DNA from: Takakia lepidozioides
Lineage: Eukaryota > Plantae > Bryophyta
Direction of reading: 5' to 3'
Assembly: GCA_030704615.1 (NCBI GenBank)
Contig: CM060734.1
Coordinates: forward strand, 56,110,001 to 56,174,000
DNA: 64,000 nucleotides
Under the pieces are notes generated by a model. It was not told the DNA's origin and searched no databases. It was given only the letters and a program-made list of their open reading frames with translations. A program made the translations under genes and the position numbers. Numbering within the stretch: position 1 is the stretch's first letter; every line of letters starts with the position of its first letter. Positions 62,196 through 64,000 of the stretch are shown one piece after another.

Positions 62196-64000
62196 TTCCC
62201 TAATTTTCGATGTTTCACCATTATTGCTCTCTCCCGCTGTGTCATTGCATCCTAAGCTTCAGACTTAGTTTGCATTTGCGTTTATGTTCTAGTCTGATCC
62301 AAACCTGCAGAGTATTCTGTGTCATATCTATTATGACTCGGGGTTCTTGCATGGCTATGACATCAAGTAGTATCTGACAGGGAACAAGAGTTTGTCTCAA
62401 ACATGATAGGTTGGTATACTCCCCTGGGACCCTTGAGATGGGCGAAGTCCGATTTCATGCACACAGGATCCATATGTGCTAGGGGTGGTCAGGTTAGTCG
62501 CTAACAGCAAGTGGGTGAAAGTCGTGTCCTTTTCAGTATAATTTTTGGAAATCTATTCAGAAGCCCCCTCATGAAGTTGGATGTAGAAGAGTGGGGTTGC
62601 AGAGAGACATTGATTGTAATAGAATAGAACATTTGTGATACAAGGAGGAGACCTAATCGAAAACTTACTGCTGGGTGTCAAAGTTGTTCAGATTCTCATT
62701 GTTGTGTGCGATTTGAATAAGGTTTAATAACAAAGCTGAGCAAGAAAGAAAACTTGTGGGTGGGGGGAACTCATGTGAAACCAGCTTGACTGCATTTCAT
62801 TCTAACTTGCTTGGGTTGGTCTAGCAAAAATTGGTTGCTGACACAGACTATTTTGGAGCTTGAATATTCCGGATCACGTTAGCCCACATCCCATTAAACG
62901 TAGGAGATGGGTGGGCATTGCATCCTGCTTGAAATTCCTGGTAGATTGGCTTTTGCATGTTTTCATATATCAAACAAACATGATTTTATTAACACTCAAT
63001 GTACAAAGTGCTTTGACACATCATAGCTACAATCAACGATGCACAAGATTGACAAGCTTGATCCAAATAATTTAGTAGTGTTGTCCTAAGGATCAGAGAC
63101 AGACGAGGGATTACAGTGATTTAGAGTTTGTGAAGTTGGACAGCATATGATTTCATGGGAATCTGATGAATGTGAAAACATGTAGGGATTGCTGATGTTG
63201 TCAGAACCAGGAAAACTTGTAATTATCAACCAAATATCATTGAGCAACCTTGAGAACCCATGAAGTATGTGATAATGCACAAGAGCCAGGGAGAAATCTA
63301 GAAATGTGTGAGAGAGAAACTGGAATCCTGCATGTAAGAAGGCTTTGCCATATCTCTACCCAAGTTCCCACATTAAATCACGATCACAGACCACATCAAG
63401 ACAATGCAATGGAGAAGGGAAGGATGAGGGTTGAAGGTTTACATTACTTCATGAAAAGGATACCTGCTTTTACCATGGTGTTGGGCCTTGGAGCTGAGAA
63501 GTTCACACAAGATACATCACACTGCTTCTCTAGGCCTGGAGCTGAACTTCCTCCCATCTACAAATGGCCTCCTTCAAATGGCTGGGTGATGCATCATTAT
63601 TATGAGCACAATCCATGGGGAGGGCACTCCCACAGGTGGATAATCACGCCAATTCAACCCTGCGGTTCACTCTGGTTTGATAGTGGTGTGGGATCTTTCC
63701 TCGTCAAATTGAGACTCAGATTCATAGCCAAAGCAGAAAATAGTTAGACGTACGAGTGCATGAAACCAGGTGGCAGCCGGCCAGGAATAACTCTATACGG
63801 CATACAAAGCATTAAATTGTCCCCCGTGATACAGGAAAAGGCAAATTGGAACAGCAAGAAACAACCCCTGTAATAACCCAACCTCCTCCACTGCAGTACA
63901 GATCCCCAGGTACCTGCGCAACATTTCAGCATCCTTTCCTGCATATCCTCGGACACTGGAATCACAATGATGTATACAATTTAGACTCTTGTTGCTGCCA

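Noticed and set aside
63250-63965. Gene at the right window edge
   Set aside because: ORFs on both strands lack recognisable motifs; may be the end of a gene outside the window, but this cannot be supported.

Overview
Repeat-rich nuclear DNA from a land plant, most likely a non-seed plant (inferred from PLS/DYW PPR relics and a self-priming Tcn1-like chromovirus). Main finding (1-13.6 kb): two divergently oriented, degenerate copies of a Ty3/gypsy-type retroelement. Their combined polyprotein reads gag(2 Zn knuckles)-protease-DNMT3-like C5 cytosine methyltransferase-(RT/RNase H reduced in frame to a short stub)-integrase-PHD finger. The two copies carry complementary deletions. 14.6-17.7 kb and 42-49 kb hold scrambled PPR/DYW pseudogene fragments. 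A pair of long inverted repeats (21.36 and 50.12 kb) brackets a Mutator-like SWIM transposase gene and a ULP1-like protease relic. The transposase gene is interrupted by a 9-bp-TSD non-autonomous MULE, a CACTA element and a Tcn1-like chromovirus, which itself carries a hAT-like insert in one LTR. Apparently intact host genes: an NDR1/HIN1-like (LEA_2) gene, an XTH and an IAR1/ZIP7-like zinc transporter. All calls come from reading the sequence and ORF track by eye; no database searches were run.
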